Positions 21,414-36,155 of a stretch of 64,000 bases of DNA are shown piece by piece. Where the stretch lies: positions 6,324,001-6,388,000 of the forward strand of contig OZ365113.1 of assembly GCA_977030845.1 (NCBI GenBank). Direction: 5' to 3'. Made by a program: the position numbers and the translations under genes. Position 1 is the stretch's first letter, and every line of letters begins with the position of its first letter. A model generated the notes under the pieces. The model had not been told where the DNA came from, did not search any database, and saw only the letters and a list, made by a program, of their open reading frames with translations. This DNA is from Fimbriosthenelais zetlandica. Taxonomy: Eukaryota.

Positions 21414-22984
21414 TAATTCCAACATAATAAATGTACACAGTATCCGAGACTGATTAAGCGGCCTACAAGTATGCATGTACTTTGATCTAAGTAAAAAAAC
21501 AGGTAATTGAGTCATTTTTTTGTACTGGTTCCAATCCCAACCTGAGTAGGCATGAGGAGGCTTTGTTGTGTAAGTATATCACATGCATTTAATGGGCTTT
21601 TGTAAAATAATACTCTATGAGAACATACTAATAAGGAACCAATTCTCTGAGTGCAAAAATTAGAGAAAGCCAGAAAGTCTGGACCTTCTTTGACTTTCTG
21701 TTCAAACTCATGGGGTCAAATCATGGCAGAACAAATTCTGTCTGTTTTGATTGTTTGTATTTGCTTCAGCTTAGAAATAATATTTAGATCTATATGCATA
21801 GAATGAAATATAACTTGCAATTAGCATATGTATACATTAGCTTAAGGCTGAAATTGCATGGCTTTGGTGTTCTTTGGCGCCTCAGCCATGTATACAAATC
21901 TATTCTTATCCGTTACCTTGAATAACTTTATTGCGCATGTGTGTAGGCTTATACATATATTTAGTCAGTGAGTATAGCCAAACAATTTTGGTATTAAAAT
22001 AATCGGCCTGAGGTGGGAAATTTAATTTATTATAAGCCATGACGTAAACGACTTTTTTTTTTTTTTTTTTTTTTTATAAATATGTACTTGAACGTGTTAT
22101 TCCAAATCGGATTATATAGATGTAAAATGAATCGAATTTAGTCTCTTTCTATAGAAAATTTATTCAGAAGCTTTCTGCTATTGTAACCTTTGAAGAAAAA
22201 GGTACTTGGTATTGAATGTACAAACTAAACATTAATATCAAGGGTCATAATTATATGCCATATGCCTTTCTGAACAGGAATAATACTTTTTGTTACAATA
22301 AGGGGCACAAAACAAAAAACAATGCTTCTCGGAATCTAAATATGGTTCTACGGAAATAACTGTTTTATTTGATAAGAAAATAAGTTATGACACTTTGAAC
22401 ACCAAGAAGTAGCCTTCATAATATTGAATGAGGTATTAAGGATTAATACATACAGGACCTACATTAAAGCACATTCATTAGATGATTTTAGATGGGATTA
22501 TCAGAGATTATCAGGTTGTTGCTCACATATGAGATATCTATACAGTATAATATTCTAACATTTGTCTGAGTAGGCCATAAAATAATTAGCTAACACCAAT
22601 ATTCAATAATCAATAGATTACCATAAAAAATATCATTTAAACCGATCCTAACTGAATGAGAATTTATTGATTGTCCTGATACTACATAATATGTGGTGAC
22701 ATATATCCTTTTACAATTATGTACAAGAGCTAACACGAATTTTTGCAGGTTGACACCATTCTCTCAAAAAATCATCAGTAGCATGAATCCACATCGTACA
22801 ATCATCATTGTAGGCCTATACATTTTGAAACACCAGTTTCCCATAAGAAGGTTTTTTCCACAAATTGTAGGCTAGTTTTGAAGAGGGAATGTAAAAGATA
22901 TATTCCAGGAAAAAGTTTGAAGACATAAAAAGTAACATAATTAAGAGAAAAAGAGAAGAAAATGACAGTACAATAGATCAATAT

Positions 22985-23722
22985 CTACCATATAAAACCA
23001 TGGCATCTTTTGCCCCCTGCAGTCCATTGGAAACTAACAGTCATTCCACACTTATCGGTAACATTACTTGGAAACACCCTTTTGGAATCAGGTACTTTAT
23101 CTGGTGGACAATTAGACAATCTGTCTGAATTTTCTTTCAGAGAGTCCTTCCCCAGTTTAGCCACCCCCGTGTAAGTAAGCAGCGATCCTCCACCCACTTC
23201 CGTTATGAGACCTAAGGTCGTTGCTCTAGTGACAGCGGAACCTTTCTTCTTTCTCTTCTGCTCAGATTCCTGTATGTACAAGGACCTCATGGATTCAGAC
23301 GAATATCGCGATCTGATTGTAGTCATTCCCATTTTACCCTGGTCCACCGGAGGGAACATGCTCTGTCGACTCTCACTTCTCATACTGTCCTTGCCATCTG
23401 CTAAATTCAGCGACATCTCTTGTTCTGATATTTGTTCAGAGACGGTGTCCCGTTTGAAATGACCTCCGCCATCGGGGCTTTCCTTCGGGGACGGCACCGA
23501 CACTGGTCTCCTGATCTTGGCCAGTGCCTTCTTCCTCGCTTCTTTGGATTGTTGTTGGAGTATTCGGATGGCAGCAAGCTCAGTGTTGGCATACGGATTT
23601 CCAGCTGTCGGTTTCTCCTTTGATTTGGTCTTCTTGGATTTCTGGTCTGTCGGGGCTGGATTGTTCTGCTCCAATGAAGAGTCAGTCGCCTGTAAGTGTT
23701 TCTTTTCTGAACGATCCTCCAT
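22985..23722 (-). CDS. Orphan Ser/Lys/Glu-rich protein, 245 aa (may splice further 3')
   Basis: Long open frame, GC-elevated relative to flanks, good Kozak context (aacATGG); no recognisable domain. Confidence 0.55.
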   Translation of the reverse strand: MEDRSEKKHLQATDSSLEQNNPAPTDQKSKKTKSKEKPTAGNPYANTELAAIRILQQQSKEARKKALAKIRRPVSVPSPKESPDGGGHFKRDTVSEQISEQEMSLNLADGKDSMRSESRQSMFPPVDQGKMGMTTIRSRYSSESMRSLYIQESEQKRKKKGSAVTRATTLGLITEVGGGSLLTYTGVAKLGKDSLKENSDRLSNCPPDKVPDSKRVFPSNVTDKCGMTVSFQWTAGGKRCHGFIW

Positions 23723-26700
23723 GTTTCAATCGAAGTAAAATCAATTTCAAATTGTGCCAACAAACTTTCTGTATGATATCCAATCCTTACATTGTAGTTA
23801 GAACGTTGTGGGGATGAAATCCAACTTGACAAAACTTCTCACTCTCTTTTATATATAAAATTCTCAAGTATAGGCCTATATATATGCCATATATATCAGA
23901 ATAAATGTCTTAGTGTTGGCCACAGGTTGCTACGATAATGAATGATCCTGAGCTGATCTATAGAGACTACTGGTAAATATAACTCCTTCCAAAATATCAT
24001 ACAGTATTTGGTAGCCAATAAATGGACAGTTCATATCCGGTCCAGATCTTGCTCACAATGAACACATACAGCAGTATTGGGTTTAGAAACTCAAGGCAAG
24101 CATGGTAGCGATAATCCGATTTAGAAGGATCTAAACAGCTGCCAATACATGCATGACCTGTTCCCTTAATGCTTTACATTGGGGCCTGTTTCAAAAGGAA
24201 TATTGCGTGGGTTGCAGAAACAAATTTTAATCGCCAAAAAACGATGTTGGTGAGCTTGGCGAGTTACGACCAGTAAGCCGTCGCTCGCGAATTTCTGCTC
24301 GTCAAAATTAGGTTAAATCAGATTTGTCTTGAAATTAGACTAAATCTGGAGGTGATACATGGTGGGCCAAAATAGTGGCTTGAAGATGAGCACACATATT
24401 AGTACCCGGTATTAAAATAAATCAATATTATTAATATTTGGCGTAAAAAATAATTCCCCAAACACCAGTTATTCTGTAAAATACTAAAAACATTAAAAAT
24501 ATGTTTTCTCAAATCTCAATTATCCATGAATTATGCCACCACTGTCTGGACTGGAGGAACATGTCGTGCTGCCACCTGTGATCTCAAGTCACATCCAGTG
24601 GACATCATCATTGGCGGTCATCATTGCTATGGAAACGAGCAAATTGACCACCAAGTTGACCAGAATAGTATAAGGAGCCATCTCAAAAATCACAAATTGC
24701 CTCGATATCCCAGTTTCCCCATTCAAAACTGTCTATAATGTTGGATTCCTGTATTTCTGCTCCCCCTAGTTCCACTTTGGAATCATGGCCATCTACAATG
24801 CCTTGGGCAAGAATTGTTGAGAGGGGATTGGAAAGGTATGGCCACTTTATTACCGATTCCTTTGATTGCGGCCATCATCAACTGACAGAATTATATCGTC
24901 ATCAATATTTCCAATCCAGATCTGTCATGTCGGGGTCAGTCTCCCTCTCTCTCCCTATGGTTAACCTAACCCTAGGTAAAACGCTAAACCTGGGGTTAGG
25001 ATTAACCCTAAATTCTTGTCAACATATATTTTTGTCCTTCCTTAATTAAACACTATTTTTTAACCATTGTCATGAAGGGTACATATGGAGATTATATATG
25101 GGAAACATTACAAAAGATTTCAGGACAGCAAGGTGTTTTTGTACAATAAAAATGGCCTTTATTTTTCCAAATAAAAATATTAAGTACAAGTCAGACACAA
25201 TTGCTGTTCACATGCCCGAATTACAACATCAAGACAAACTAGTAAAATGCTAAAGTGTTTATTTGAAGTTTGGTAATGGCATTCCGTTACCACAACACGC
25301 ATCCGTATTAGGGCTTTCATATGATCCTCATAGACTACATGGGCATTTGAGGTTGAATGCTTGAGTTGGCTGTACTTGGTTGTAAAGAAACAAACTTTTT
25401 ACTACACCTAGAAAAGTAACCACAGTACAGGAAATTCCTAAAGGCAAATCATTACTTCATCAGGCCTTCAGTGAATCCTATCATTATTATTTGTATTATT
25501 TTCTTTCAGGGGGGGTTATTAATATTATTTTTAATTATAGCTTATATTCACTGGTTGTTAATGAATCGATTTCATGTTTCGTTTTAAAGGAATTTTTCTT
25601 TCCGTCCCGTCCATCTTCTGGCCTATCAAAGGGAAGATCACAAATACACATAGTTTATATTATGGGAGCCGCCATCAAAAGTGGCCTTACGTTACACTCA
25701 AGCCCACGTACGGCCTTAACCGATTTGAAATAGTGGACTTTGTTACAGATAATATATATTTATAGAATGGCAATTGTACATCCATGTCTGTAAGCTTGCA
25801 TGTATATGATAATCATGGTAACCTATCTGTATATATGTAAGTTCACCTATTTGGACTTTGGGCAGACATACAGTGAAAGAATGTCTAGCACAAAAAAGGA
25901 TTCTAGATAGACTCAATATATTGGCATTCATGCACTTTCTAAATTCAACCAAGGACTTAGCAAGCCCGTACGCAATGTTGCTTTTTTTGGGGGAAATGTC
26001 AATTTTTAAACTTTCAGGCAGTGTTTTGGAATTACTTGTACTTTTTACAAGAACATGAGGCTGAGATTCGTTGCCTCTTTTTAAACCGATACAGAGTGTG
26101 TCTGTACATTACAATGCCAAACCAGAATCGTCTCTTAACATATCATGATGACGTAGTTGTTTTCATTATGAAATTTGACAATTTGACCACTGGTCATTTA
26201 CACGTCCCTGAATCACATGAAACCATTGTTGTCACCTAATTATCATCATATTTAAATCTCTAAGTCCCCACACATCCGAGACAGTCTGCCTTTAAATACA
26301 ACTAAGAAATCAAAGTCCAGTCAGCAAAAACTTGTTCTGATTCACTGAAGAAAGTGTTAACCCAGGGGGTCGTCTCATAAGAGAGATGCGCTGATTTAGC
26401 CCATAGAGCCAGTGGGAGGCATTTATTATGAAACGACCCCATATATCAATGATAGTTGCTCGCACTACGATTCCAACCATAAGCAGGTATTGTCTTAAGT
26501 CCCATTTCTTCTTGCTAAAGGAGATTCAGTGAAGACTATTTGTCGGAATACATCTATATATGGTAATATAAGCCATGAGCTCGAATGTGAGGCTCCACAG
26601 CGCTTCATACCATTTCTATGTTTCTATTTCTATCACCTTGTCTATGAACAAATGATCATTAGGACATACAATTCTGGCGATAAATTTGAACAAGGACACA

Positions 26701-29700
26701 GTCGTGGGAACAATAATGCCCGAGCCCATTCTCTTATGAAGCCTGATTGAATGACACCAGTAAGAACCCGACCAAGAGGTTTTGGTAGGCCTCCAACCAT
26801 TGGTTTAGTCGTCGAACGGCTGAAACCACTGTTTGGTCTTCAACCAAGAAAATGGCAGCTCGATTATTTTGTTAGGGATGGAGTGACCATTTTGCTTGGT
26901 TGAAGGTACAACGGCCACCACCACCAGCCTAGTTGGTTGAAAAAAGCCACCCGCGGGTCTTTTTTTAAATCTTAAAGATTGTTCTAAACCAGGTACACAT
27001 GGTGAAGAAGGTCGGAGGGCAAACCTTGGAGGACCTTAAGGGTACCTTGTATATTTATTATTATCATTATTATACACACGCTCAAAACCTGCAGAAACTC
27101 ATTCTTAAAGGGGATGAGAATAAAAAGGGCAAAAGCTATGGGATTCTTATTCCTCTTTTGTACGGTATGAGCCAGTCAGTCTTAGTCCTATATAGAATAT
27201 GGTATATAAGGGATTATGTACGTGGACTTGTCTCTTCAATACTTTCCCCTCTTTATTATATATATTCATATATAGATATATTATATATATAGGTCAGTAC
27301 AGTGGACTGCCCTTAGCAGTTCATACTATACTCAGTTCAGAGAAATAGCCATTCATCTAATTATTATCATAACAGTAGCAATTTAACAATATGACACTTA
27401 TTCAGGCATACATACTGTCAAAAAGTTTTTTTCTGCCTTCTATATGTATAGTTTACCGTGTATTCATAACCACTGCACACAGCCATAGACGCTTAACTAG
27501 AGATAAGAGCAACAAAAGCCATTTCTCTTGGGACAATAATACTTAAGAGTGACCATGATTTTCTTTTTCTTTTGGTCCTGGACATGTATCTTGTTGCTCT
27601 CACGCCAAAAAAAACTATATCCATATCATACTAGAGGCGATAGAGACACAATCAGCATGTTAAATTTGTTATGATCTGTTATGATCAATATCAATAGATA
27701 AGGTAGCATGTGCAGCCCATGAAAAGTGCCTCTAACTCGCGGGGAGGGGAGGGGGGATGTTGCCATGGTGTGACAACGAGTGCAAAATCAGCTATTTTCT
27801 TCATTGCATTAAGAGCCCTGAATGATTACAAGCGTATCTAAGAACCGTGCGAGGCTATCTTTTCACACTGGTATTAATATAGCCTCAGAGAGGTGAACGT
27901 ACATTGGTTGTACACAAGACCCAAAGAGATCAAAACATTCTACAGAGCATCCGAAGAAAATAATATAGGTCATGGGGACTTGGTTCTATGGGACATCATC
28001 ATGGCCTCTTCACTAGTCTTGACCCCCCATTCTTTGTCTATATAAGGGATTTCTCATTTGGAATAAGTTTTCTATATAAGACAGACAATATATTTTGGTA
28101 TGAATATCATTGTAACGTGATCAAATTCCATAGAAGCAAGTCCGCCACCTCCTTGTACATATATAAATAGGGATTTCATTCTAGGGAAATGACAGAAATC
28201 TCTGTGGAATATTTCGACCTCGGTCGAGCACGTAAACTATGTATTTGGCAGATAACCTGCTGCTCCATTTTCATCATTTGTTTTCTTAAGACATTTTCAA
28301 CCATGACAAATAGAAAGTATACTGCAAGCTAATGTCCCAAATCCACTGCAGGATTTCTTTTCTTAGTTTTGACTGGAGATAAGCGAACCGCTAGAGATAT
28401 TCATCTCATTGATCTGATTTGGGAGGAAGATAAAAGATACAAATGAAATGGCATTATTCCAGCAAAAATATTGAAGTCGGTTAACCTAGCCATGACACTA
28501 TAGATCAAGGCGATTGTGTGGTGAACAAATCGCGCAGTGGATCCGGGCCATAACACACAACCAAAGATTCCAACTGGATGACGAACAAGAAACACTCGCT
28601 ACACGAATAGAAGATGCTCCGACCTGCAAGAAAAGCATTCTTCATTCGAGAATAAAACCCCTCTTGAGGGTCTTTTTTCTTCTTTTTTTTTGTATATTTG
28701 ACTCTCTATTATAACACATTGTATCCATTCACGATATAATACACAGGCAGGAATCCCATAGGATCCCGCCCACCAATCCATTTAGCAAGTAATACAGTGA
28801 GATAGGATAATATGTCTTTCATAAATTTACAAAGAAACAAGGACATTCACGCCAGTTTATCGGTGTCTCATTATTTGTGAATTTCAGTTATTAGTTTTGT
28901 CCCAGCGGTGTGCAGGCGTACCAACAACCTTCCGCGTGTGGTCCCTCTGAAAAATCTGAACTCCCATCAGTTTCTTTTCTTTTTTTGGATCATTTTTTTT
29001 GGTTTTCAAATCGAAAAAGAAATCTGGTTTTTGTACAAGGGTATATTACATACCATGTATAATAATACCCCGGACTCCGCCGATGGAGACGTGGGGGGGA
29101 ATTGGGTGCGGATTTTGGGTTGTGATACCTAAGAGTCAACTACTCGAGCTTGCCCTTCATTTACCCATTGCAATCTCTGATGCAAATGTTCTTGTTCATT
29201 CCATTTTCTGAGGGCAAAGGAGAGTAAGATCTATTATATATATGAATGTTAAGTATTTGACTGACGGGGAACAGCACCCTTAGCATAAGAGTCGTCTGTT
29301 GGCTTGTATCACAAAGCGTAGACTTTAAGAAGCGGTTCTGGGTAGCCTACACATATACAACATGAAAAAAAATCTCGCTTCTGTCGTACACTATAGAACA
29401 TCCTGTACTTCCAAAGTGTCTTCAAACATAAATTACCATTTAAGACATGATCTATTAAATAAAACATCATTTACGCAATAATAACTATCATGGAAAAAAA
29501 CTCACCCAAAAATAAAAAACTATATTATACACACATGTGTGTCATTAAAATTCTGACTAGAACAATGTCTTGAGTTTCATGATAAGGTAATTAATCATGT
29601 CATATATGATATATGTAACAAAAAGTTGTTGACACCAATACACAAGTGTCATGCAGAAATGCTGTGTATTCTTTGCCACACTAGAACGCATGTCTATTTT

Positions 29701-31212
29701 TAAGTTCTTCTCCCTTTTTTCTAATCTACTCATTTTTTGAACTGGATGCATTGATTACAGAAATTTCGGAGAACGCCCCTAAGCCTATGGATTATTATAA
29801 TTGGGCATGAAGCCAATTTCCCTTTTAAATTTCTCGTCCCCTGAACATGACAAAAAAGGAAAAATATAAATGTCCAAGATATGTTATGATTCGCATGTTC
29901 CCACTAGGCCTCCGAACCTCCTGAATTTAGAACCGGCCGAATAATGAATGAAAAATAGTTGTATTTTTTTGTTTTCCTCGTTTGCTATTTTTGGATCATT
30001 ATATATACAGATATATCATATACATATAATATAGATTCCTCATAGAGCGAATGGCAGTACTTTTTTTGGGGAAAGAAACAATCAATGAATCATAACAAAA
30101 TGTTAACCACTTATTGTTAATACTAGAGTTGCTAATTGATATTCCCTTATTATCTTCTATCTGTGACAAAGTTCCAACTTAACTCAGCTCAGAATCTAAC
30201 ACCCCTTTAGTATTACTTATATATAGATATATATATAATATTCATACAGATAATATAATAATAACTATTATTCTTTTCACTGTCCTTTCAATAATTGACG
30301 ATCTTGTAACCATTAACTTATAAATAGTTGAATACAAAATAACTGAAAAAATATTGATGACGAAGTATAGGGACTGACACTAAGTATAAGGGTTTGTTTT
30401 TTTGTTGTTTACACGCGGATGCGCACATTTGAACACATGCATGCATGGGGTGCTAACGTTTCCAATAGAATTAACCTGGCCTTCACTCATCACCTCATTA
30501 TTATTACCATTATTATTAGGAATAAATTAAGTAATATTAACAATAATTTCTCATTGAAATATAATCGGCTTTCTCTCTTAGCCTTGGTGTGGTTTTGATT
30601 CTTATACCTGCTTTATACCTCAGAATATGGATTATTTCATCATTTTCTTTTCTCTCCCCTTTCGTTCGCTTCTCTTTCACTTACAATGAATTTCATGCTT
30701 CCTATGACAAGACCCCTACATAGAGAGTGTCATCGGGCTATGCACTGGGAATGCGGTTTCTATGCAGGTGAAATGTTGCACTCATAATGCAGAACATCAA
30801 TGATTTGTTTTTTTTGTTAGTTTCACAGTTTGCATCAAGTTTGCTGTGTAGAATGACACATGCAGATTTACATTGATTATACGGGCTTACAGAAAAGTAG
30901 GATTTCTTCTTGATGTTCTTCGTCTTGCAAGTAGTAGTAGTAGTAGTAGTCGTTCGAGTAGCAGTAGCTGCAGATGGAGCTTTTAACGTCTCAAAACTGG
31001 CAGTAGCCTCACCACCACCACCACCACCACCACCTCCCGGCTGCCCACAACACCGCATTTTGGTATATTTTAACTGTATCATTCAAATCGTATCGACAGT
31101 TGGGCATCGTTTTGGCCACATTCACCGATAAATCGCGCAACAGGAACGCTCTAGTAAACCTCACTTCACAAGCACATAGAATAAGGAAGAGGGGGGCCTG
31201 GAGAGGATAACA

Positions 31213-31400
31213 TCAATATAGTCCACAGCCTCTCAGGTTGTTGGCAATGATCACATCTGTCACTGCGTCAAACACGAATTGGATATTATTCGTATCTGTA
31301 GCGCAAGTTTGGTGGCAGTAGATCTCTTTTGTTGTGCTCTTATTCTTGGCCTCAAACTGGGCTTGGATGTAGGCAGCGGCTTCTTCGTATATTTGCTTAC
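31213..31400 (-). CDS. GNAO1: G protein alpha-o, exon 8 (188 nt incl. stop)
   Basis: [34 protein letters not shown]; C-terminal CGLY pertussis-toxin site typical of Go. Confidence 0.97.
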
Positions 31401-31450
31401 CTGTAAGACGATCATATTGAATTATAGTATTGTTTTCTGATTTGTAACCA

Positions 31451-31811
31451 CAGGGTTCGTAGACTTGGAGGAAACCAAAATTCCAGGAGTTTTCAAGGAT
31501 AAATTTAGATTTTTCAAGAACTAAAATTTCGCACATATTAGGTTTTTCTCCATCTTTTATGTACAAAAAGGAAAAAGACTGAACTGTTTCAGAATCCATT
31601 CCCCTGGACCCATAATTGACACGACTCATCCACAAAATAACAAATCTTTGAATTTGACATGTTACATAAACACCTAAGGCATTTCTATTAACCAAGGCAT
31701 TTTAACATTTCTCCAGGTGATTGCAGGAGTTTGATTGGGTTTTCAGGAATTTCCAGTACAGGAAAATACATTTCTGATTTCCCAGGAATTTCCAGTAGTC
31801 AACGAACCCTG
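31451..31811. mobile_element. Non-autonomous DNA transposon with CAGGG termini and a 5-bp TSD (AACCA)
   Basis: cagggttcgtagac...gtcaacgaaccctg, with aacca on both sides. Confidence 0.7.
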
Positions 31812-32510
31812 AACCAAGAAGGCATTAGAATTAAACTGATTGTTTGACAAAAAGGTACAGTTTATGGTGGTAAATGCATGATATTGCATTATCAGAAGAA
31901 CTATTTAGAATCCCGCAAAATGAAAGAACTGCATTACCACACATGTATTCACTTCCATTAAATATAAATGCCTACAGACTAAAATTTTCCTGTCAGAACC
32001 CAGCCATATTTTACCATGTCGTACTTTTCCCCTTGCCATTCTGAGACTAGCGTCGCTAGAGTCGCATAATATAAATTTGCGACCACATCTAAACTATTAG
32101 ATATAGTCTCCAAGTGCCAATTCCCTTGCGATTCCCTTGCGATCCTTGAGACACGGGCAACTTCAGAGCTCTACTGCTGAATGATCCTTGCAATCTACAA
32201 ACGCTAGTCGCAACAGAAAAGTCGCATGGCAAAAGAATCAGTGGCACTATCCCATTACCAGTTTAGGGGTCGTTTTTTTAAGTTAAATAACAAGCCTACA
32301 ACTAACGCAACTTAGCAAGATTTGCACTAATAGCTAAGAAACTGCCGTTAGCGAACGCAAATTAAACAAATAGGGCAAACTACTGAGAGCAAGCTTGGGC
32401 TAAATTTTGACGACTTTTGACCTAAAAAATGGGCTTTTTAGGCTTTTTACATTAAAGTCACTCGTTATGTTCATTATTTAACTATGAGGGGAACTCAGCC
32501 ATAAGAATCA

Positions 32511-32747
<237 letters not shown>

Positions 32748-33612
32748 TCATGAAATGAGTCTAAAGTCGCAAAAATGATATTTGGAGTTGGGTTCAGATT
32801 CGTATAGTGCGGATTATGAGCTTTTCAATGATATATAGTAAAAGGAGATGTGAAAAATATTTATATATTAAAAACAATTTTGTATTCGATGTCTATCTCA
32901 AGAAGATCAGGAGACAGGCCGAATACCGGGCTTGAATTTTATTCATGTACCCGAGCTTGTTATGGTATATTTTAATCGTGAATAAATTAAAAAAATACGT
33001 CTTAGTAATTGCTCATCAGAGAGCTGTTGTAACGAATTTCCACAGGGGAATTAAAAATTAAGTCCGGAACACACTAATCCGATTCTCCAATCTGTCGCCA
33101 TCTGAACCATTTCTAATGGCATCCAATGATTGAAATTGTGTCAGTGGTTGCCTTACTTAGGTGACATAACTGTGTTGAAATTACAAGCATTTGTGTAAAA
33201 CGAAATCTAGTTTAGCACATCTATTGGATGTAGCTGGATAGAGAATCGGATTAGTGCGCTCCAGGCCTTAATCTGGATGATCTGGCCCTATTCTTCGGAC
33301 ACATTTATTTTATCTTCAGTTAACAAAATCTCATTAGGTTAATGTGGATTTTATACTATAGATAATGGGGACCGTTTCAGATCTACTTAGAATATTGTGA
33401 GATTGCCTTTTTAAATATAGCGTATAACTTGTTCAGAAACAACTGCTAAAATAGGTTGGGTCAAGAAAGACTTGTAAAAATACTTTATAGGCCTATGCTT
33501 TGCTCTGAAACTGTTACCAAAACACCACAATACTTTGTCAGGGCAAAATCGCCACTTAAATCATCGAAAAAATCGTCAGTAGTATAGCCGGCAATGACGT
33601 CAAGATATTTAA

Positions 33613-36155
33613 AGTGTGACTCGTGGGGCTATATATGACTATGCATAAATATGTTCCAAATAGTGTTTAAATAATGAAAAGTCGTTTCAAATATTTTTTT
33701 CGTAATTCGAAATTTGTATAAATCCTGCGTTTTTGGAGCTATTTTGACACCTGTCTGAAAACGGGTCGTTGAGACAGTAGGTGGCGTGATCAGTAGCGCA
33801 TGACGTCACAAATCTGCACACCCACCCACACTGATCTCTGAACGCCCGCATTGAGCCTCGCTCTGAGGCATCTGTGTTTGTAAACACCCGAGCGCCGACG
33901 TGGGAGAGAGCATGCACCTTTCCACTGCGAGAGAACATGCATGACACTTGGCGGCTCTATAGCCGATGGGGAAGTCAGCAAAGTGTTGATTTGCAGGGCT
34001 GTATGCAGGATTTTTTTTAAGGGGGGTTACAGCATGGGCAAATATGTAGGCCTATTATAGCCTGAAGAAACAAAGCACCGCCGGAAGATTTTGGAATTTA
34101 AGGTGGTATTTGGCGCATTTTGGAACAAAGAATAGACCGCCGTCATGATATCAATAATTTTCTCCAACCGCTCGATCGGAAATTGCCGCTCTCCAGAGCG
34201 GCTGGTATAGAAAGGTAGGCGTAGGCCTATAGAAAGCCACACTACCAAGCACCCTGAGCGCTCGATCTGCAGGTCTGAGATGAAGTTTCTTCCGTTTCGG
34301 TTTAATATGTTTATTAACATATGTTTCATAACTCACAAAAAGCAGCATCTGTTAGACATGTGACAATATTTATAATGAGGCGAGCGCTCGAAATTGACAT
34401 TGAAAAATGATAGAGGAAGACTCCACAGATTATAGGCGAGCGCTCGGATGAAAATCTCAAAGAGTTATCAGTTCGATCGTACTAGTGATAACGTGGCGAG
34501 CGCCCGATCGGTTAAAATTCAAAATTTGGAGCGAGACTCCTGGGGTTATGAGTGCTTGAGTGTTATTAAAGTTTTCAAAGTTTTCAGAGAGTCTGGGAAA
34601 ACAAAGAACTATTTTTGATAGCATTGCGCGGCTTCAAATGGGATAAACTAGATTAGCTAGTGGAAATAACAGAAACATGTTATGTAGGGGCCAGAAAATT
34701 GAAAGTGACAAAGGGGAAATGGCTGCAAATTAAAAGAAGTCAAAGAATGAACACAATGACAGGTAATAACATAGTGAAGCCTAAAAGACACCATGTAATA
34801 TTTAGAGTGAAATAGATCCTTTGACAAACAAGTCCAGTTCCAGTTACAACCTGCCCCCCCCCCCCCCCCGCTCCGACCTCTTTCCACGGAAACCCATTCC
34901 AAATTAGTAGCTATAGTCAAGAAAACAGTTTGAGATACCTCTCATCCCGACCCCCATCCTACCCCGACCCCCTGCCCAACCCTCGATCCTAGCTCCTATC
35001 TTACCCCATTTCAGGAGTGTTTTTGTTTTAATATATTTTTAATGATGTTCAGTGTTCAAAGCGGGAACATCAATGGTATAACCTGCACTCTTTTATTTTG
35101 TGATAAAGATTTCCAAATTTGATTGATAAACATATGCAAAAGTCATCGTTTGAGAATTGTAAATTTCCGGAAATAGGTTGCTTTTTAATTTGGCGATCTA
35201 TTGTGTATGACTTCAAACAATACGTGCCTGTTCTAATTATAGGCCTACACACATGTCTATTGCCGAGTCATGCCAGGCCCCCGCTACCAGATTTCAAAGA
35301 CACAGGCGGAAAGTGACGCAATACCAAGCCAGTGGCCGATTCCAAATGCCACATGTTAGTTGTTTTGCTTTGTATGAAAGATCGTGGTCTTGGACAAGCC
35401 AAAAAAAACTTTGAAAATGGTTAACATGACCATCCACGATTTCATATTGAAATGCATACAGTCATGGATATAGCCTACACAGAAACCAGGCAGATGACAT
35501 ATCTTTTATTCATTTGACTTATTCCCACACTTGAAATATTTTTGGGATCTGCAGGGGGGGTTACAGAACCCCTGTAACCCCCCCTAAATACAGCCCTGAT
35601 TTGTGGGGGCGGGGGTCAAGTGAAGGCAATATATTTTTTAGTACTTAAGTTAATAACGCCTATTAGTATTATAGGCCTCATTTAGGCGTGCCCTAGCCGT
35701 GCTCCCGGCGCCTGCTGCCCGGTACACCCCTTCAGCTCCTGGTCACTGCTCCCCACTATCATGCACACAATTTGACAGGGGACGTTTTTAGTTAATCAGT
35801 CCTAACTTGATTAAAAAAGTTAAGGACAATCTCATCTATAAAGTGTTTGGAACAATATACCCTATACCCTATACCACTGGCTACCTCGGAACTGCCCTAT
35901 TTGTAAAGTAGGAATCATCAGAAGCCATTTTCTCTCAACTAGCAATGCAGATTTGTGACGTCACACTCCCCTGGCTCTACAGCGCTTTTAAATCCGGCGG
36001 TTTCTGTGGGAACTACATATTTTACACTTTGTAGGGCAAATAACTCATAAAAAAATTAGTGATTAAACGTTGCCTTAACATTTTATGATACCTTTACTCA
36101 ACATGAATTGGTAAAAGTAAAAAAATGCTATTTTAAAATAGCCACGAGTCACACT
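33613..36155. mobile_element. Kolobok-like non-autonomous element (TTAA TSD)
   Basis: TTAA|AGTGTGACTCGTGG...CCACGAGTCACACT|TTAA. Confidence 0.7.
33994..35598. mobile_element. Nested non-autonomous DNA transposon with CAGGGCTGTAT TIRs and a 5-bp TSD (ATTTG)
   Basis: Perfect 11-bp TIRs; atttg on both sides; repeated GAGCGCTCG motifs at 34180-34540. Confidence 0.7.

Noticed and set aside
25270-28630. Exon-like segments on the - strand (acceptors near 28628, 26929, 26236 and 25410) considered as alternative Galpha-o last exons or a separate gene
   Set aside because: All frames hit stops quickly and show no similarity to Galpha exon 8; without RNA data no gene model is supportable (could be lncRNA or UTR).
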